From the IMG/VR virus record IMGVR_UViG_3300018025_000052, positions 1 through 31,290 of that record: a stretch of 31,290 nucleotides of DNA; one strand, 5' to 3'. Shown here in pieces: positions 9,116-18,714 of the stretch. Position 1 is the first letter of the stretch, and each line of letters begins with the position of its first letter. A program made the translations under genes and the position numbers. This DNA is from a virus. The notes below the pieces were generated by a model, which worked only from the letters and a program-made list of their open reading frames with translations, did not search any database and was not told the origin of the DNA.

Positions 9116-9764
9116 AGGAGGGTCTTTAGCTAGAAAGATAGACGCCTACCAGCCCGACATCGAAACGCAGATTCGCATCGAGCATGAGATTTTGCAAGCG
9201 CAAGAGGCTGCCCCAAGCATTTATTCTAGCCATGTCTCAAAAAGAGCCAAAGATGCTTGGGAAGAAAAATTTTTTTTGAACTGTGAGCGCCATCGTCATT
9301 TCCGGGTTCGAGACCAAGATGAGATTACTTCGGAGCGCCCCGGGCGCCGTCTGCACATTCAGCAGTTCGTACAGATGTTGAATACGCTGCCACGCAGACG
9401 CTTCATTCTCAATTCTTGGGGAGTGAGGGGCATGAGGGGCCTGAATGCCAGCGTAGGAGGCGGCAAACCGCGCTATGTACTGGCTCTGGATGACGGTGTG
9501 ATGCCGGAATGGTCCTACATTACCCTTGACGAGCATGGCCTGCCGAAGAAGCTCGCGGCGCGAGGCTGGCGGGCGGTGTTGCTCGTCTTGCTCAGGTCCG
9601 GCCTGATTACGGAGTCTGAAATGCAAAAGCTGTTCGGCTTCGCCACAGGGACGCCCGGCGCATTGTTTCGGAAGTATCTTTTTGAGCAGCGCAACCATCG
9701 GTTTGCCGATGGAGAGGAGTGGGTCGAACGTGCCCGCATTCGACCGAATGAGAGGTATGAATGA
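9096..9764 (+). CDS. Hypothetical phage protein (222 aa)
   Basis: Long ORF overlapping both neighbours (ATGA coupling at 9761). No motif recognised. Confidence 0.7.
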   Translation: MPLPIYEGGSLARKIDAYQPDIETQIRIEHEILQAQEAAPSIYSSHVSKRAKDAWEEKFFLNCERHRHFRVRDQDEITSERPGRRLHIQQFVQMLNTLPRRRFILNSWGVRGMRGLNASVGGGKPRYVLALDDGVMPEWSYITLDEHGLPKKLAARGWRAVLLVLLRSGLITESEMQKLFGFATGTPGALFRKYLFEQRNHRFADGEEWVERARIRPNERYE

Positions 9765-10237
9765 CGAAGGAAAATTTCGAGAAAGCACAATTGTTTATGA
9801 AAGTCTGGCAGGAAGCGGGCCATCTTGGTGAGCAGGCAATGATGGCAGTGGCCTTTGCTATTAGAAATAGACAAAGGGCTGGGTGGGAAGGCGGGTTCTG
9901 GCTGAAGGTGATCGAATATGCTGGCAGACTGCGGTATAACGATGCCCCACTTAATTTGGACTGGCCGGACCTGAGAGACCCAATTGTGCATCGGGTCTTG
10001 GCGAGGATTGACGGCGTATATGATGGGTCTGCGTCCGACAACCTTACGAGCGTCACAGCGCCGATGCCCATCGAGCGGTATGCTTGGCAGGGCGGAGATT
10101 CCGCGCAGGTTCGTACTGGAAAGTATTGGGCGGAACTCTCGGGCATAACAAACAAAGAATTTTTGGAAAGAATTGTTCGGGACCCGGCAAGTCACCCCAA
10201 GACTTCTACAGTAGGAAGTCTGACGTTCTTTGCATAG
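9761..10237 (+). CDS. SleB-like cell wall hydrolase (Hydrolase_2 family)
   Basis: WQEAGHLGEQAMMAVAFAIRNR matches the EaRGE..G..AVa.Vi.NR pattern. D-x-T at DNLT and the terminal VGSLTFF also fit. Confidence 0.6.
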   Translation: MTKENFEKAQLFMKVWQEAGHLGEQAMMAVAFAIRNRQRAGWEGGFWLKVIEYAGRLRYNDAPLNLDWPDLRDPIVHRVLARIDGVYDGSASDNLTSVTAPMPIERYAWQGGDSAQVRTGKYWAELSGITNKEFLERIVRDPASHPKTSTVGSLTFFA

Positions 10238-10259
10238 GAGCGATACGATTGCCGCTGTT

Positions 10260-10436
10260 TTAAGAAGTTTTCTGGTCTGAGGGAAAATTCTTTTGCCATG
10301 CTTCGTTGACTCCAGCCGCCGTTGTAATAGTTTGAATCGCTATACGTCCTACCCATTCTATCAAAGCAGGCACAAACCAAGCAACAACCAGAATCAATCC
10401 CAAAAATACCCAAATAGCCCCATCTAAGTTGTTCAT
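10260..10436 (-). CDS. Small membrane protein, 58 aa (MNNLDGAIWVFLGLILVVAWFVPALIEWVGRIAIQTITTAAGVNEAWQKNFPSDQKTS); not in the ORF track
   Basis: Translated by hand. SD GGAGG lies 5-6 nt upstream, directly after the GT2 stop. There is one clear hydrophobic helix. Confidence 0.7.
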   Translation of the reverse strand: MNNLDGAIWVFLGLILVVAWFVPALIEWVGRIAIQTITTAAGVNEAWQKNFPSDQKTS

Positions 10437-10447
10437 TTTTTCCTCCG

Positions 10448-11179
10448 TTAGCCTTGGTCTATTGTTCTTCCTTTTGGAAGTACTTTTACTACTTTTCCTG
10501 TTTCATCTAGCTCCGTCACATGGCCATCTCGCATTACATATTGGTGGTTAGACGCGATGTTAGGCCGGATATTCATTAAGGAAGGCTTAGTCAGCGTCTC
10601 TTGCGTGCGGTAGTCGTAATGATACAAAGGAACGTCGATCATAACAAAGGTTTTAATTTTGTTAGAAATTTTAGCACTCCATGCAGCGTCTTCCCCTTTT
10701 TGAACATCTGGAAACTTTTCAGACTTCGCAATGCTCGCCTTTGTCGGGTTCCAGTGAGCTGTTCTCCCACCTGTAACAGTCTGGTCGGTGTCTTTCACAA
10801 ACCAAAGCGTCTTGTACTCAGGAGTACGCACTAACAAGCGAGGCTTTTTGTAAATGTCTTCTGTCCAGAAGATGGTCATTCCTATTACGTCAACATCTGG
10901 ATGCGAATGCAAAGTATCTATGATAAGTTCCAAATAGTCTGAGAATACACGGTCATCATCGTCGATATAGCAGAGGTGGGTTCCGTTTGCCATATCAAGT
11001 AATTTATTACGCTTTGCACCTATCGTTATTTCGCCGTTGTCTTCTAGCGTTATGATCTCGACTTCCTCGGGGTTCGGCAATGCATTCTTTTGTGCATTTA
11101 ATCCACGCAGTAGCCTATTAAACTTTTCTTTTCGTGAGGGCACCGTAGGAATAAGAATACTTAATAATGGTTGCTTCAT
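10448..11179 (-). CDS. GT2 glycosyltransferase
   Basis: LLSILIPTV, IGAKRNKLL, LCYIDDDD (DxD) and GEDAAWS. Confidence 0.88.
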   Translation of the reverse strand: MKQPLLSILIPTVPSRKEKFNRLLRGLNAQKNALPNPEEVEIITLEDNGEITIGAKRNKLLDMANGTHLCYIDDDDRVFSDYLELIIDTLHSHPDVDVIGMTIFWTEDIYKKPRLLVRTPEYKTLWFVKDTDQTVTGGRTAHWNPTKASIAKSEKFPDVQKGEDAAWSAKISNKIKTFVMIDVPLYHYDYRTQETLTKPSLMNIRPNIASNHQYVMRDGHVTELDETGKVVKVLPKGRTIDQG

Positions 11180-12198
11180 GATTGTTTTGCCTCGATATAC
11201 TCCAAAGCCCTAGCCAGACCTTCTTTAAGCGTGATCTTCGGCTCAAGGCCAAAGTGTTTTTGTTTTGCGGTGTCTCCAACCCTTGCAAAGACGCCCTCTG
11301 GCTGGTGTATATTACCGACCACTTGTGGAACGTATCCGCACAACTTTGCAGCGGTGGAAGTCAGCGTCTTTATGCTGGTGGCTATTCCGGTCGAGAGGTT
11401 GAGGGTATCTCCCGCGTGCATCACGTCCATGGTTTTGAATATGCCGTCAACACAGTCTTCGATGTGAATGAAGTCCCGAATCTGATTGCCGGTCCCCCAC
11501 ACCATAATGATCGGGGAGTGCCGGTAGTCCAGCACTCGTTTGCAAATGCTCCGGTAGTCCAGCACTCGTTTGCAGATGCTAGGGAACGGATAGGTCATAT
11601 CTTGATCTTCTCCGTACCCGGAGAATGGGCGGTACACCACGGAGTCTAGCCCGTGTTTTTCGTAGGCTAGGTGGGCCAGAAATTCATGCGTTAGCTTCGC
11701 CCATCCGTAGCTCATGTCCGGTATACCAATCTCTTGTGCCTTAAAATCTAACATATTTTCTTTTAATAATAATATGCCTCGTATATCCTCGTTTTGCAGA
11801 CAAACGGGGTATGCGGCGCTGGAACTGAAACACAGCGTCTTGCGTGGCCGAGCCTTGGCTGCCCATTGCCAGTACGCGGCGTCGATGGCTAGATCCTCTG
11901 CTACGGCGAGAGGGTTGTCTTCGATCATAAGCCGACCACCGACAATGGCGGCTAGGTGGACGGCGTAGTCGAACTCAGCCTCCATGTTGTGAGCGAAGTA
12001 TTCCCGGCAATCCATCTTGAAGAAGTAAAAGTTGTTGTAGTCGTAAGGCATGTAAAAGGGCCATTTAACGGGGTCAATCGCTCCCGTTTTGGGTACGAGC
12101 GGGTCCACAACGCATACTTTGTCGCCTCGGTCCAGAAACCGTTTAGTGATGTGGCGTCCGACGAAGCCCGCGCCTCCGCTAATTAGTACGGTGTTCAT
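11176..12198 (-). CDS. NAD-dependent nucleotide-sugar epimerase/dehydratase (extended SDR)
   Basis: GGAGFVG, HLAA, FSSSAAY, YGWAK (YxxxK) and VWGTGNQIRDFIHIED. Confidence 0.92.
   Translation of the reverse strand: MNTVLISGGAGFVGRHITKRFLDRGDKVCVVDPLVPKTGAIDPVKWPFYMPYDYNNFYFFKMDCREYFAHNMEAEFDYAVHLAAIVGGRLMIEDNPLAVAEDLAIDAAYWQWAAKARPRKTLCFSSSAAYPVCLQNEDIRGILLLKENMLDFKAQEIGIPDMSYGWAKLTHEFLAHLAYEKHGLDSVVYRPFSGYGEDQDMTYPFPSICKRVLDYRSICKRVLDYRHSPIIMVWGTGNQIRDFIHIEDCVDGIFKTMDVMHAGDTLNLSTGIATSIKTLTSTAAKLCGYVPQVVGNIHQPEGVFARVGDTAKQKHFGLEPKITLKEGLARALEYIEAKQS
11521..11580. repeat. 30-bp tandem duplication (2 copies, one synonymous difference) giving SICKRVLDYR twice
   Basis: ccggtagtccagcactcgtttgca(a/g)atgct occurs at 11521-11550 and 11551-11580. 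Confidence 0.95.
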
Positions 12199-12215
12199 TG
12201 TGTTTTCTCCTGTGG

Positions 12216-12923
12216 TTAAATCTCTGCTTTGAAAAAGCCGCGAGCACAGTTTGGAATACTAAAATCGGAATGCATCGGTTCTAAAGAAAGCAAGGTTATA
12301 TTACTAAATCCTGCAATCTTTAACCAGCTTATCATACAAGGCACGTTCGGTCCTGTCCAACATGAAAAGTCGGTGTTACATTGGTCAGCGTCATAAAAGG
12401 CGCAGGCCGGAGTTTTGACCTCTTGCAAATCAATGTGTCCTTCGATTAAAGCATACTCTTTGCAAATTGCTCTAACCTTTTCAAAAGCTAAGAGAGGGTG
12501 TTTTAGATGGTAATAAACCCCAAACATAAAAACAATGTCGAACATTCCAACATTTTTTGGGTTTATATCATATACACTCATTTGCATGGATTCTACTTTT
12601 GAATGTAAAGCATCGTGAGCAAAATCAAAAGGCTCTTTTGAAGGTCCGGTTTTTACAAGGCTAGGATCGTAAAAATATCCTAAGTCTCCTTGTGATGTAT
12701 CCCATTTATCAAGAGCAACAACTCGTGATGCGCCTCGTTTTTCTGCTAAAAAAGAATTGAAGCCATCCCACGCCCCAATATCAAGAATGCTTTTTCCAGC
12801 AAGGTTTTGAGGAAGGTTAGGATAGTAATAATGTAAATCTTCTACCCTAGACATGCCGGGAGTAGTGATTCCATTTCCAAGGTCAATGCAGTGAAACCAA
12901 TGAAAATCATTTACAGATTTCAC
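12216..12923 (-). CDS. Class I SAM-dependent methyltransferase (CmoB/DUF1698-like)
   Basis: WFHCIDLGNGITTPG, SILDIGAWDG and FDIVFMFGVYYHLKHP. Confidence 0.85.
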   Translation of the reverse strand: MKSVNDFHWFHCIDLGNGITTPGMSRVEDLHYYYPNLPQNLAGKSILDIGAWDGFNSFLAEKRGASRVVALDKWDTSQGDLGYFYDPSLVKTGPSKEPFDFAHDALHSKVESMQMSVYDINPKNVGMFDIVFMFGVYYHLKHPLLAFEKVRAICKEYALIEGHIDLQEVKTPACAFYDADQCNTDFSCWTGPNVPCMISWLKIAGFSNITLLSLEPMHSDFSIPNCARGFFKAEI

Positions 12924-13549
12924 AGGGAATCCTCTCTTTCATTGTTAAAAAAATCACAGCCGTGTGAAATGACAGCCATGCAGTATAGTTTGTATACGTG
13001 GAAGCCTTGCGCCGTAGCATAGTGGATTGTATCTTCGCCTCTGCAAAAGCCTTCGAGGGACGGCATATTCAAGCCCGGCGTTTCGTAACAATCGTCGATG
13101 ACTACTAAAGCTGGCTCACGTAAGAGTTTGGAAACGGCTTTGTACTCTTCGAGGTTTATTGCATAGCTCCCGCCGTCCAAAAAAGCCAAGTCTATCGGGG
13201 TAGTCGAAGCAGAGATTGTACTTACTGAGTCCGCACAGATGAGGTTAACAAACGGGTGCAGGCCCTCTTGTACAAGGTATGCAGAGCATGTGGCGACAGC
13301 GCTGGGGTCGTTGTCAATCGAAGTGAAGGCCCCGCCATGCTCTTTAATCCATTGAGCGATGTAATAGGTACTGTGGCCGTCTCCGATGCGGAACTCAGTA
13401 TTGCGTAGACAGCCTGCTTCTACTACGTTCAACGGAATCTGTTTGAGTTTGAGAAGGGCGTTTAGAAATTGTGCAAGATACCAACCACGTCCTTCGTTTT
13501 TCGGCGGTAGAGTAGAAAAGATATTATGCAAAGGGCACCCCTTTGGCAT
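12920..13549 (-). CDS. Class I SAM-dependent methyltransferase (Methyltransf_24-like)
   Basis: VVEAGCLR..G.ST, FTSIDND, ICADSV, IDLAFLDG and VVIDD. Confidence 0.75.
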   Translation of the reverse strand: MPKGCPLHNIFSTLPPKNEGRGWYLAQFLNALLKLKQIPLNVVEAGCLRNTEFRIGDGHSTYYIAQWIKEHGGAFTSIDNDPSAVATCSAYLVQEGLHPFVNLICADSVSTISASTTPIDLAFLDGGSYAINLEEYKAVSKLLREPALVVIDDCYETPGLNMPSLEGFCRGEDTIHYATAQGFHVYKLYCMAVISHGCDFFNNEREDSL

Positions 13550-15530
13550 TAAGCTGAATTACTTTTCCATCCCTGAAAACTTTGGGTCCTAGCGTCAGCT
13601 TTTCTGTCGGTGTTTTCAAAAGCGCGGCAGTGAGCGTCTTTTCAAGCCGGTCATTTAGACTAGCCCATTTGAGTGCGCGGGCGTGATTCTCTTCGATCAC
13701 TGGAAGCATTTTGTGATACGTGTCCGGCGTAATGTCTTCCATCTTCTCCATCAAGTCTTCGTAGTTCGAGAAACGGATGATGCCGGATTCGTCAAACCAC
13801 TGCCCTATATTTGGGCATCCCCAATAGAACGGTACAGTCTTGGCGATGAAGGCGTCGATGATCTTTTCGGAGAAGTAGTTTTCCTCGAAAGAGTTTTCGA
13901 CGACGATGCTGTACTCGTAAGAGTACATCATCTTGCGCTTGTCTAGCCATGGCTGTGTTTTGTTCATGACGAGGCCGGAGGTCTTGACTGATTCGAGCAC
14001 GAGCTTGCTTGGAAGCGGCGCTTTCACTTTGTCAAAGAGTGCAAGGCGGAAGCGATGGCCCAGCGTCCAATTCTTGGCGCTGACTTGGAAAGATACGCCG
14101 TAATCTCTTTCCGGCAGGTCGGTGTACGTTAGGTTGAAAGGCTTCGCCATGTTTTCGTACCACGAATTTTCGTCGCCGGGGCCTGCGCCTTGGCCGTTCC
14201 AACTGCAACACGCTGGCCCATTGAAGTAGACCGCGTTCGGGCACTTGGAAAGGATTTGTGGGTTCCAACCCAAGACCACGTTGTAGTTATTGCAGTCCTT
14301 AATAATATGAAGCAGGTTTACTCTGTTCGGGCCTTCAAGCGTGAACACGCACTGCGGCTCGTATTGAAGAAAGACTTTGAAGGCAGCCGGGTCCTCGATG
14401 GTCTTGACGGCGTAGTCAACGTTGATGACTACTTTTCGATCTCGCGGAACAAGCGCGGGCTTCCAAGGAAACCGAGCATGGAAGATCGGCGTGAATTGTA
14501 CAGACTTGAATACGCGGTAGCGCATGGTAGACGAAGTCTCTCGCCCGTACTGTGGAGGCTCGATTTTTATCCACGGCAGGTTAAACACCTTTGGATACGG
14601 CAGACTATTGCCTTGCTCAATAACAGTCTTAAATCGTTGTTGTGCGGCGGCGCGTTCTCGAAGAAACTTCTCTCTGGCATCAGCAGAGATTTTGGAAACC
14701 TCTTCCGACTTCAGCTGCATAGTTTGCAATACAGCTTCATAAACAGCCTCGGCTGTAATAAGTCCTACAACTGCCCGCCCCACTCTGCGGTAGGTCGCTG
14801 GTTTCACTTGTGGAACACGAGGGTCGGCGGCTTCATTCATCGGCGGCATCGCTGTCGTAACCAGCACAGCACCGACACTCAGGCCCTCCCACAGCGCATG
14901 GCCGTAGCCCTCGTAAGCGGAAGGCATGATGTGGTACTGGCAGGCGTTCATGAGGTTCTTGAGCGCGGGAAAGGCTATGCTTCCAGTGAAGAAAACGTTC
15001 TTAAGCGTTTCGTCTTTGTAATCGTTCCCGCGAGCGCCGACTACGTACAAGCGCGGAGGTTTGTCAAACATCTTCCACGTGGCTAACGTCGCTTCGGTGT
15101 TCTTCTGTCCGGCTCCGCCGACTAGGTGCATCCAGATTGGCTCCCGTTTGATGGAGGGATCGTACAGGTCCCGTGTCCAATATCCGGTGTAGACGGCCTT
15201 CTCCGTGACGGCGCTTATGATGCGGTGTGAGTCGTGTGTCTTGCACAGGACCCGCGTGAGTCCGGCGAACTCTCGATCACACGTGGACCATTCCGGGTTG
15301 ATGATTAGGTAGTTGTCACAGGCCATCCCAAAGAGATTGGCATCGCAGATTTCGTTGAAGAGATTGATGTCCGCTGGATGGACACTCTGAAACGCTTTGG
15401 GATTTTTCGGATGTAGGTTGACCGCGTTGAGTTTCGCGTCAGGGAACTCTTTGGTGAAAAATTCTCGAAGCAACTCATACTCCATCTCTAGTCCACAGCC
15501 GTTGTACCACGAAATTAGATTGACGAGCAT
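13524..15530 (-). CDS. Fused glycosyltransferase: N-terminal GT4-like (GT-B) domain plus C-terminal GT10 (fucosyltransferase-like) domain
   Basis: The N-half has IMPSAYEGYGHALWEGLSVGAVLVTT (ExxG..xxEa motif). The C-half has YEYSIVVENS..NYFSEKIIDAF..TVPFYWG, the alpha-1,3-fucosyltransferase motif. Confidence 0.8.
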   Translation of the reverse strand: MLVNLISWYNGCGLEMEYELLREFFTKEFPDAKLNAVNLHPKNPKAFQSVHPADINLFNEICDANLFGMACDNYLIINPEWSTCDREFAGLTRVLCKTHDSHRIISAVTEKAVYTGYWTRDLYDPSIKREPIWMHLVGGAGQKNTEATLATWKMFDKPPRLYVVGARGNDYKDETLKNVFFTGSIAFPALKNLMNACQYHIMPSAYEGYGHALWEGLSVGAVLVTTAMPPMNEAADPRVPQVKPATYRRVGRAVVGLITAEAVYEAVLQTMQLKSEEVSKISADAREKFLRERAAAQQRFKTVIEQGNSLPYPKVFNLPWIKIEPPQYGRETSSTMRYRVFKSVQFTPIFHARFPWKPALVPRDRKVVINVDYAVKTIEDPAAFKVFLQYEPQCVFTLEGPNRVNLLHIIKDCNNYNVVLGWNPQILSKCPNAVYFNGPACCSWNGQGAGPGDENSWYENMAKPFNLTYTDLPERDYGVSFQVSAKNWTLGHRFRLALFDKVKAPLPSKLVLESVKTSGLVMNKTQPWLDKRKMMYSYEYSIVVENSFEENYFSEKIIDAFIAKTVPFYWGCPNIGQWFDESGIIRFSNYEDLMEKMEDITPDTYHKMLPVIEENHARALKWASLNDRLEKTLTAALLKTPTEKLTLGPKVFRDGKVIQLNAKGVPFA

Positions 15531-15555
15531 TAAGCACCCTCGGCTGCATATTTTT

Positions 15556-15939
15556 TCATTTGGCCTCTCCCATGGTGGTGAGCGTCACATGGGCACGCTC
15601 TTCACTGGTAGGGCAACGGAGCAAGTTGAGCATGTCCTTGACCAGAATGCCGTAGGCTACGTATTTCTTAACCGGCAAGAATAGAGGAATGGCTGGCCGT
15701 GTTGCCTTGCCATTACGCATTGGTTTGCGATGACTTGGCACCAGTTTGCCCTGCATGTAGCGCAGAAAAATATCGTCTGCCAAGTCCATGTGAGTCTGGC
15801 CTTTGAGGGCCAGCCGCGTAGTATAGCGCGGGGTCCTGAATTTCTGTGCGACCACGCAAAGAAGAAGATACACGTCCTCATGCGTTCTGAGGATCGTAGG
15901 TACGTCTTTGTAGCTTGGGGTTTTGTTTGTCGGTCTCAT
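15556..15939 (-). CDS. Hypothetical protein, weakly sigma-region-2-like
   Basis: ATG 15939 follows a purine-rich RBS downstream of a promoter; the track start at 15966 lies inside that promoter. DLADDIFLRYM..YGILVKDMLNLLR loosely resembles ECF sigma region 2. Confidence 0.5.
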   Translation of the reverse strand: MRPTNKTPSYKDVPTILRTHEDVYLLLCVVAQKFRTPRYTTRLALKGQTHMDLADDIFLRYMQGKLVPSHRKPMRNGKATRPAIPLFLPVKKYVAYGILVKDMLNLLRCPTSEERAHVTLTTMGEAK

Positions 15940-15956
15940 ATTTACCTTTCCCTTCC

Positions 15957-15985
15957 AGTGTAACACAACCTTGCCCGGAAGTCAA
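15957..15985 (-). promoter_or_regulatory. Sigma70-type promoter TTGACT-N17-TACACT driving the glycan cassette
   Basis: Minus strand reads TTGACT tccgggcaaggttgtgt TACACT, with an extended -10 TG. It lies in the gap after the polA stop. Confidence 0.75.
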
Positions 15986-16049
15986 CCCCGTAGATGTCTG
16001 GGCAAGAACCCGGCGTAGGTTCGGACGTATTGAGGAAGGTAAGCGTCTC

Positions 16050-18293
16050 TCATTCCTTGCTCCAATGATCGTCGATGTGCGCGTCTGACTTCATGATGAC
16101 GCTCTTGTAAATCTCTGCTCCGGCCCGCGTGATGCAGTCTTGAATCAGTTCGCTGATGGCTTCTGCGTTTTGTTCCGGGCTTTCTGTGACCAATTCGTCG
16201 TGGACGAGGTTTTCCAGCTTGCCTTCGTATTTAGGCTCAAGCGTGTGCCATAGGAAGGGTTTGCCATTACTGTCAAATCCACAACCAATCGCTAATTTAA
16301 TAAGGTCCCCGTTCCCGCCCTGTACCGGCGCATTACGTGCCTCACGCCCGATGCTTGCCCACATGCCTGCCATCTCACGGCGAACCTCAGCGTCAATTGG
16401 ATCACGTCCATATTTTTTTCTATATTTCTGTATCCAGTGCTTCCTTGCCCGGTCGAAGGTTGGGCGTTTGAATAGACGGCGGCGTCCTAGCGTAGTCCTG
16501 CTTTCCAGATTCATCGTGGCGTAGGTGCTCAAACCTTCTAGGAACTTCCACAAGGTGGGTACCCACTTTTGGAAACGAACCAAGTCTTTATGTGCTTCTG
16601 GCCGGGTCTTGCCGGTGTTGTTGGCGTAGCCTACCTCGCCCAAGCCGTAAATTACACCGAAGTTTCTGGACTTGATCGGAGTACGGACTTCGTTATGCGC
16701 CTTGCATTTGCACTTGTGCTTGTTTCTGTAGTATGCGCAGTCCGGCTCCGCTTTTTGCTTCCAGATTTCAGGATAGGCATCCTCAGCGCCCATTGCGTGA
16801 ACGTCCCAATCTTTCTCGAAGGCTTCGAGCCAGACACGTTCATTCGACATGTCCGCAGCGATGCGAAGTTCGCACCCTGAAATATCAACGGTGATGATCT
16901 TGTAACCTTCCCGTGCTTTGAAGCAAGCGCGGTAGGCTTCGTCACTTGGGATGTTTTGGATGTTCGGGTTGTCGGAAGAAGTTCGTCCGGTGCCTGCACC
17001 TATTTGGTTAATACTGGAATGGATGCGACCCGAGATTGTTGATATGTACTTTTTTATGAACTCTTCGCCATACGTGCCAACCGCTTTGCTCAGTCCACGC
17101 AGTTGACGAACCAGTTTAACCGCCGGATGCTTTTGCAATTTCTCAAGCGTCTTATCGTTTGTGTCCGGCAAGGACCGCGCTTTGATGCCCATCTTCAACA
17201 GAGCGGCGCGTAGCTGCTGATTGGAATCGTAATTGATAGCAGCCTCGCCTTGGTATTCTTCTTGGACCTTCTTAGCTTCGCTGATCTCTCCACGGGCTAC
17301 AAGGTATGCCCGGCGGTATTTGGCGCGGAGTTCTTTGTCCGTCTCTAGCCGCCAGCGCGTCTCCATCGAATTTAGATCGTAGGTGGGCATGACGAAGCGG
17401 CCTACGACCGGGATGAACAGTTCGTCGAGTTGCTTGATTACACTGGTTAGCTCTTTCAGCTTGTCTCGGAACACGTCCATCCATGATTCTTTATGGCAGA
17501 AGAAACCGTGGACCCGCATGTCGCCGAAGGCGGGAATGGCGTCGAACTCGACTTGTGCTGTTGGAGTCAAGCCATCCAGTTCCAGCAGGCGCATCTGCTT
17601 ATCTCGGATGCTGAATACTAGGCGAACGTCGAGGGCGGCGTAAATGATTTGCTCCGGCGTGAGTGGCTTGCCAAGATCGTCAAAAGACGTTTGCAGGCTT
17701 TTGTCGATGTTGACCTTGCCGTACTTCCGCATCAAATCGTCTAATGCAAAGTAGCCTACCGTCTTGGCGGCTACGAGACCGCAGAGCAGAACTTGCTCCG
17801 CAATCATCGTGTCCCAAAAATGCCAAGGACGCAGACCGAATCCCATGCGCGAGTTTTCATATTCAAACTGTAGGAAGTGGCCTAGCTTGAGCCAGTCCCG
17901 GCTTTCCAGCGCCGGGCGAAGTGCGGCGATGATGGGTCCAAAAACATCTTCGCGCAGCTTAGACTCTCGCTGTGCGTGCTTGAGCACCCACATTGCGGCC
18001 TCGGGGGAAGAGTTGCCGGTCATTTCTGCGTAGGCTTGTGCGAAAGCTAGAAGGTTGATTACGTATTGCTCTTCCCGGTCGCCGACCTGAATGGTACGGA
18101 CGTAGCGGTCGTTGATGTCCTTGACAACGTTTGTCTCCACGTCAAAGCCAAACGTTTTCTTGCGAGAGAAGAAGTCAGTAATCAGGCTCAGCTTTTCGTT
18201 TGTGTCCACCAAGGTAACGTTCATTGGTGGATTGAGGGCAGAAATATCCAACGATTTGTAGAACTCTGAAGGCTGAGGAGTAGTATTAGTCAT
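16050..18293 (-). CDS. polA: Family A DNA polymerase with 3'-5' exonuclease domain
   Basis: ExoI FDVETN, ExoIII YAALDV, TGRTSSDNPNIQNIP, motif A DISGCELR, motif B RTPIKSRNFGVIYG, motif C VHDE. Confidence 0.95.
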   Translation of the reverse strand: MTNTTPQPSEFYKSLDISALNPPMNVTLVDTNEKLSLITDFFSRKKTFGFDVETNVVKDINDRYVRTIQVGDREEQYVINLLAFAQAYAEMTGNSSPEAAMWVLKHAQRESKLREDVFGPIIAALRPALESRDWLKLGHFLQFEYENSRMGFGLRPWHFWDTMIAEQVLLCGLVAAKTVGYFALDDLMRKYGKVNIDKSLQTSFDDLGKPLTPEQIIYAALDVRLVFSIRDKQMRLLELDGLTPTAQVEFDAIPAFGDMRVHGFFCHKESWMDVFRDKLKELTSVIKQLDELFIPVVGRFVMPTYDLNSMETRWRLETDKELRAKYRRAYLVARGEISEAKKVQEEYQGEAAINYDSNQQLRAALLKMGIKARSLPDTNDKTLEKLQKHPAVKLVRQLRGLSKAVGTYGEEFIKKYISTISGRIHSSINQIGAGTGRTSSDNPNIQNIPSDEAYRACFKAREGYKIITVDISGCELRIAADMSNERVWLEAFEKDWDVHAMGAEDAYPEIWKQKAEPDCAYYRNKHKCKCKAHNEVRTPIKSRNFGVIYGLGEVGYANNTGKTRPEAHKDLVRFQKWVPTLWKFLEGLSTYATMNLESRTTLGRRRLFKRPTFDRARKHWIQKYRKKYGRDPIDAEVRREMAGMWASIGREARNAPVQGGNGDLIKLAIGCGFDSNGKPFLWHTLEPKYEGKLENLVHDELVTESPEQNAEAISELIQDCITRAGAEIYKSVIMKSDAHIDDHWSKE

Positions 18294-18714
18294 GGATTTT
18301 GACAGCCTCGTTTATCATTTGATGTTTTTTTATACGTGAATTCAGTCTAGACAAAACTTTAGTGCAAGTGCCTTTTATAGGACGATCATCTTCTAGATTT
18401 TTTCCTTCTTGTGCGTCCAATAAAATTGCACAACAAGCCATGACATGGCCTAGATGATGCACTTTGCTATCGGAGGCTACTTCTTCTCCATCTAGCCACG
18501 CTAATAAATGGCGCATCGCTGCTGCTACATAGATTCTTGCCTTCACATTATTTTTTCGCCAATTGTAAGGATCGTATTTACGTGCTCCGTCCATCATGCC
18601 TGTAGCACAATGAACTATAGCTATAGGAGGCACAAGTGATAAATCTACTTTCAAAACTCCTAGCCTGTCTTTCGGGTTTTCCCCCTTTTTACAATGCTTG
18701 TTTTTGTTAGCCAT
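18286..18714 (-). CDS. DUF5664-type dATP/dGTP diphosphohydrolase-like protein
   Basis: NPKD..G..K.DLSLVPP, GARKY.PYNWR, YVAAAMRHL.AW.DGE, D..VHHLGH. The start is placed at MANKNK (ATG 18714). Confidence 0.8.
   Translation of the reverse strand: MANKNKHCKKGENPKDRLGVLKVDLSLVPPIAIVHCATGMMDGARKYDPYNWRKNNVKARIYVAAAMRHLLAWLDGEEVASDSKVHHLGHVMACCAILLDAQEGKNLEDDRPIKGTCTKVLSRLNSRIKKHQMINEAVKIHD

Noticed and set aside
10238-10262. Intrinsic terminator between the converging modules
   Set aside because: Only a weak 4-5 bp stem with a short T run is present, which is not enough support.
18286-18714. Z-genome (2-aminoadenine) system
   Set aside because: Only a DUF5664-like hydrolase is present; there is no purZ or HD-type dATPase in the window.
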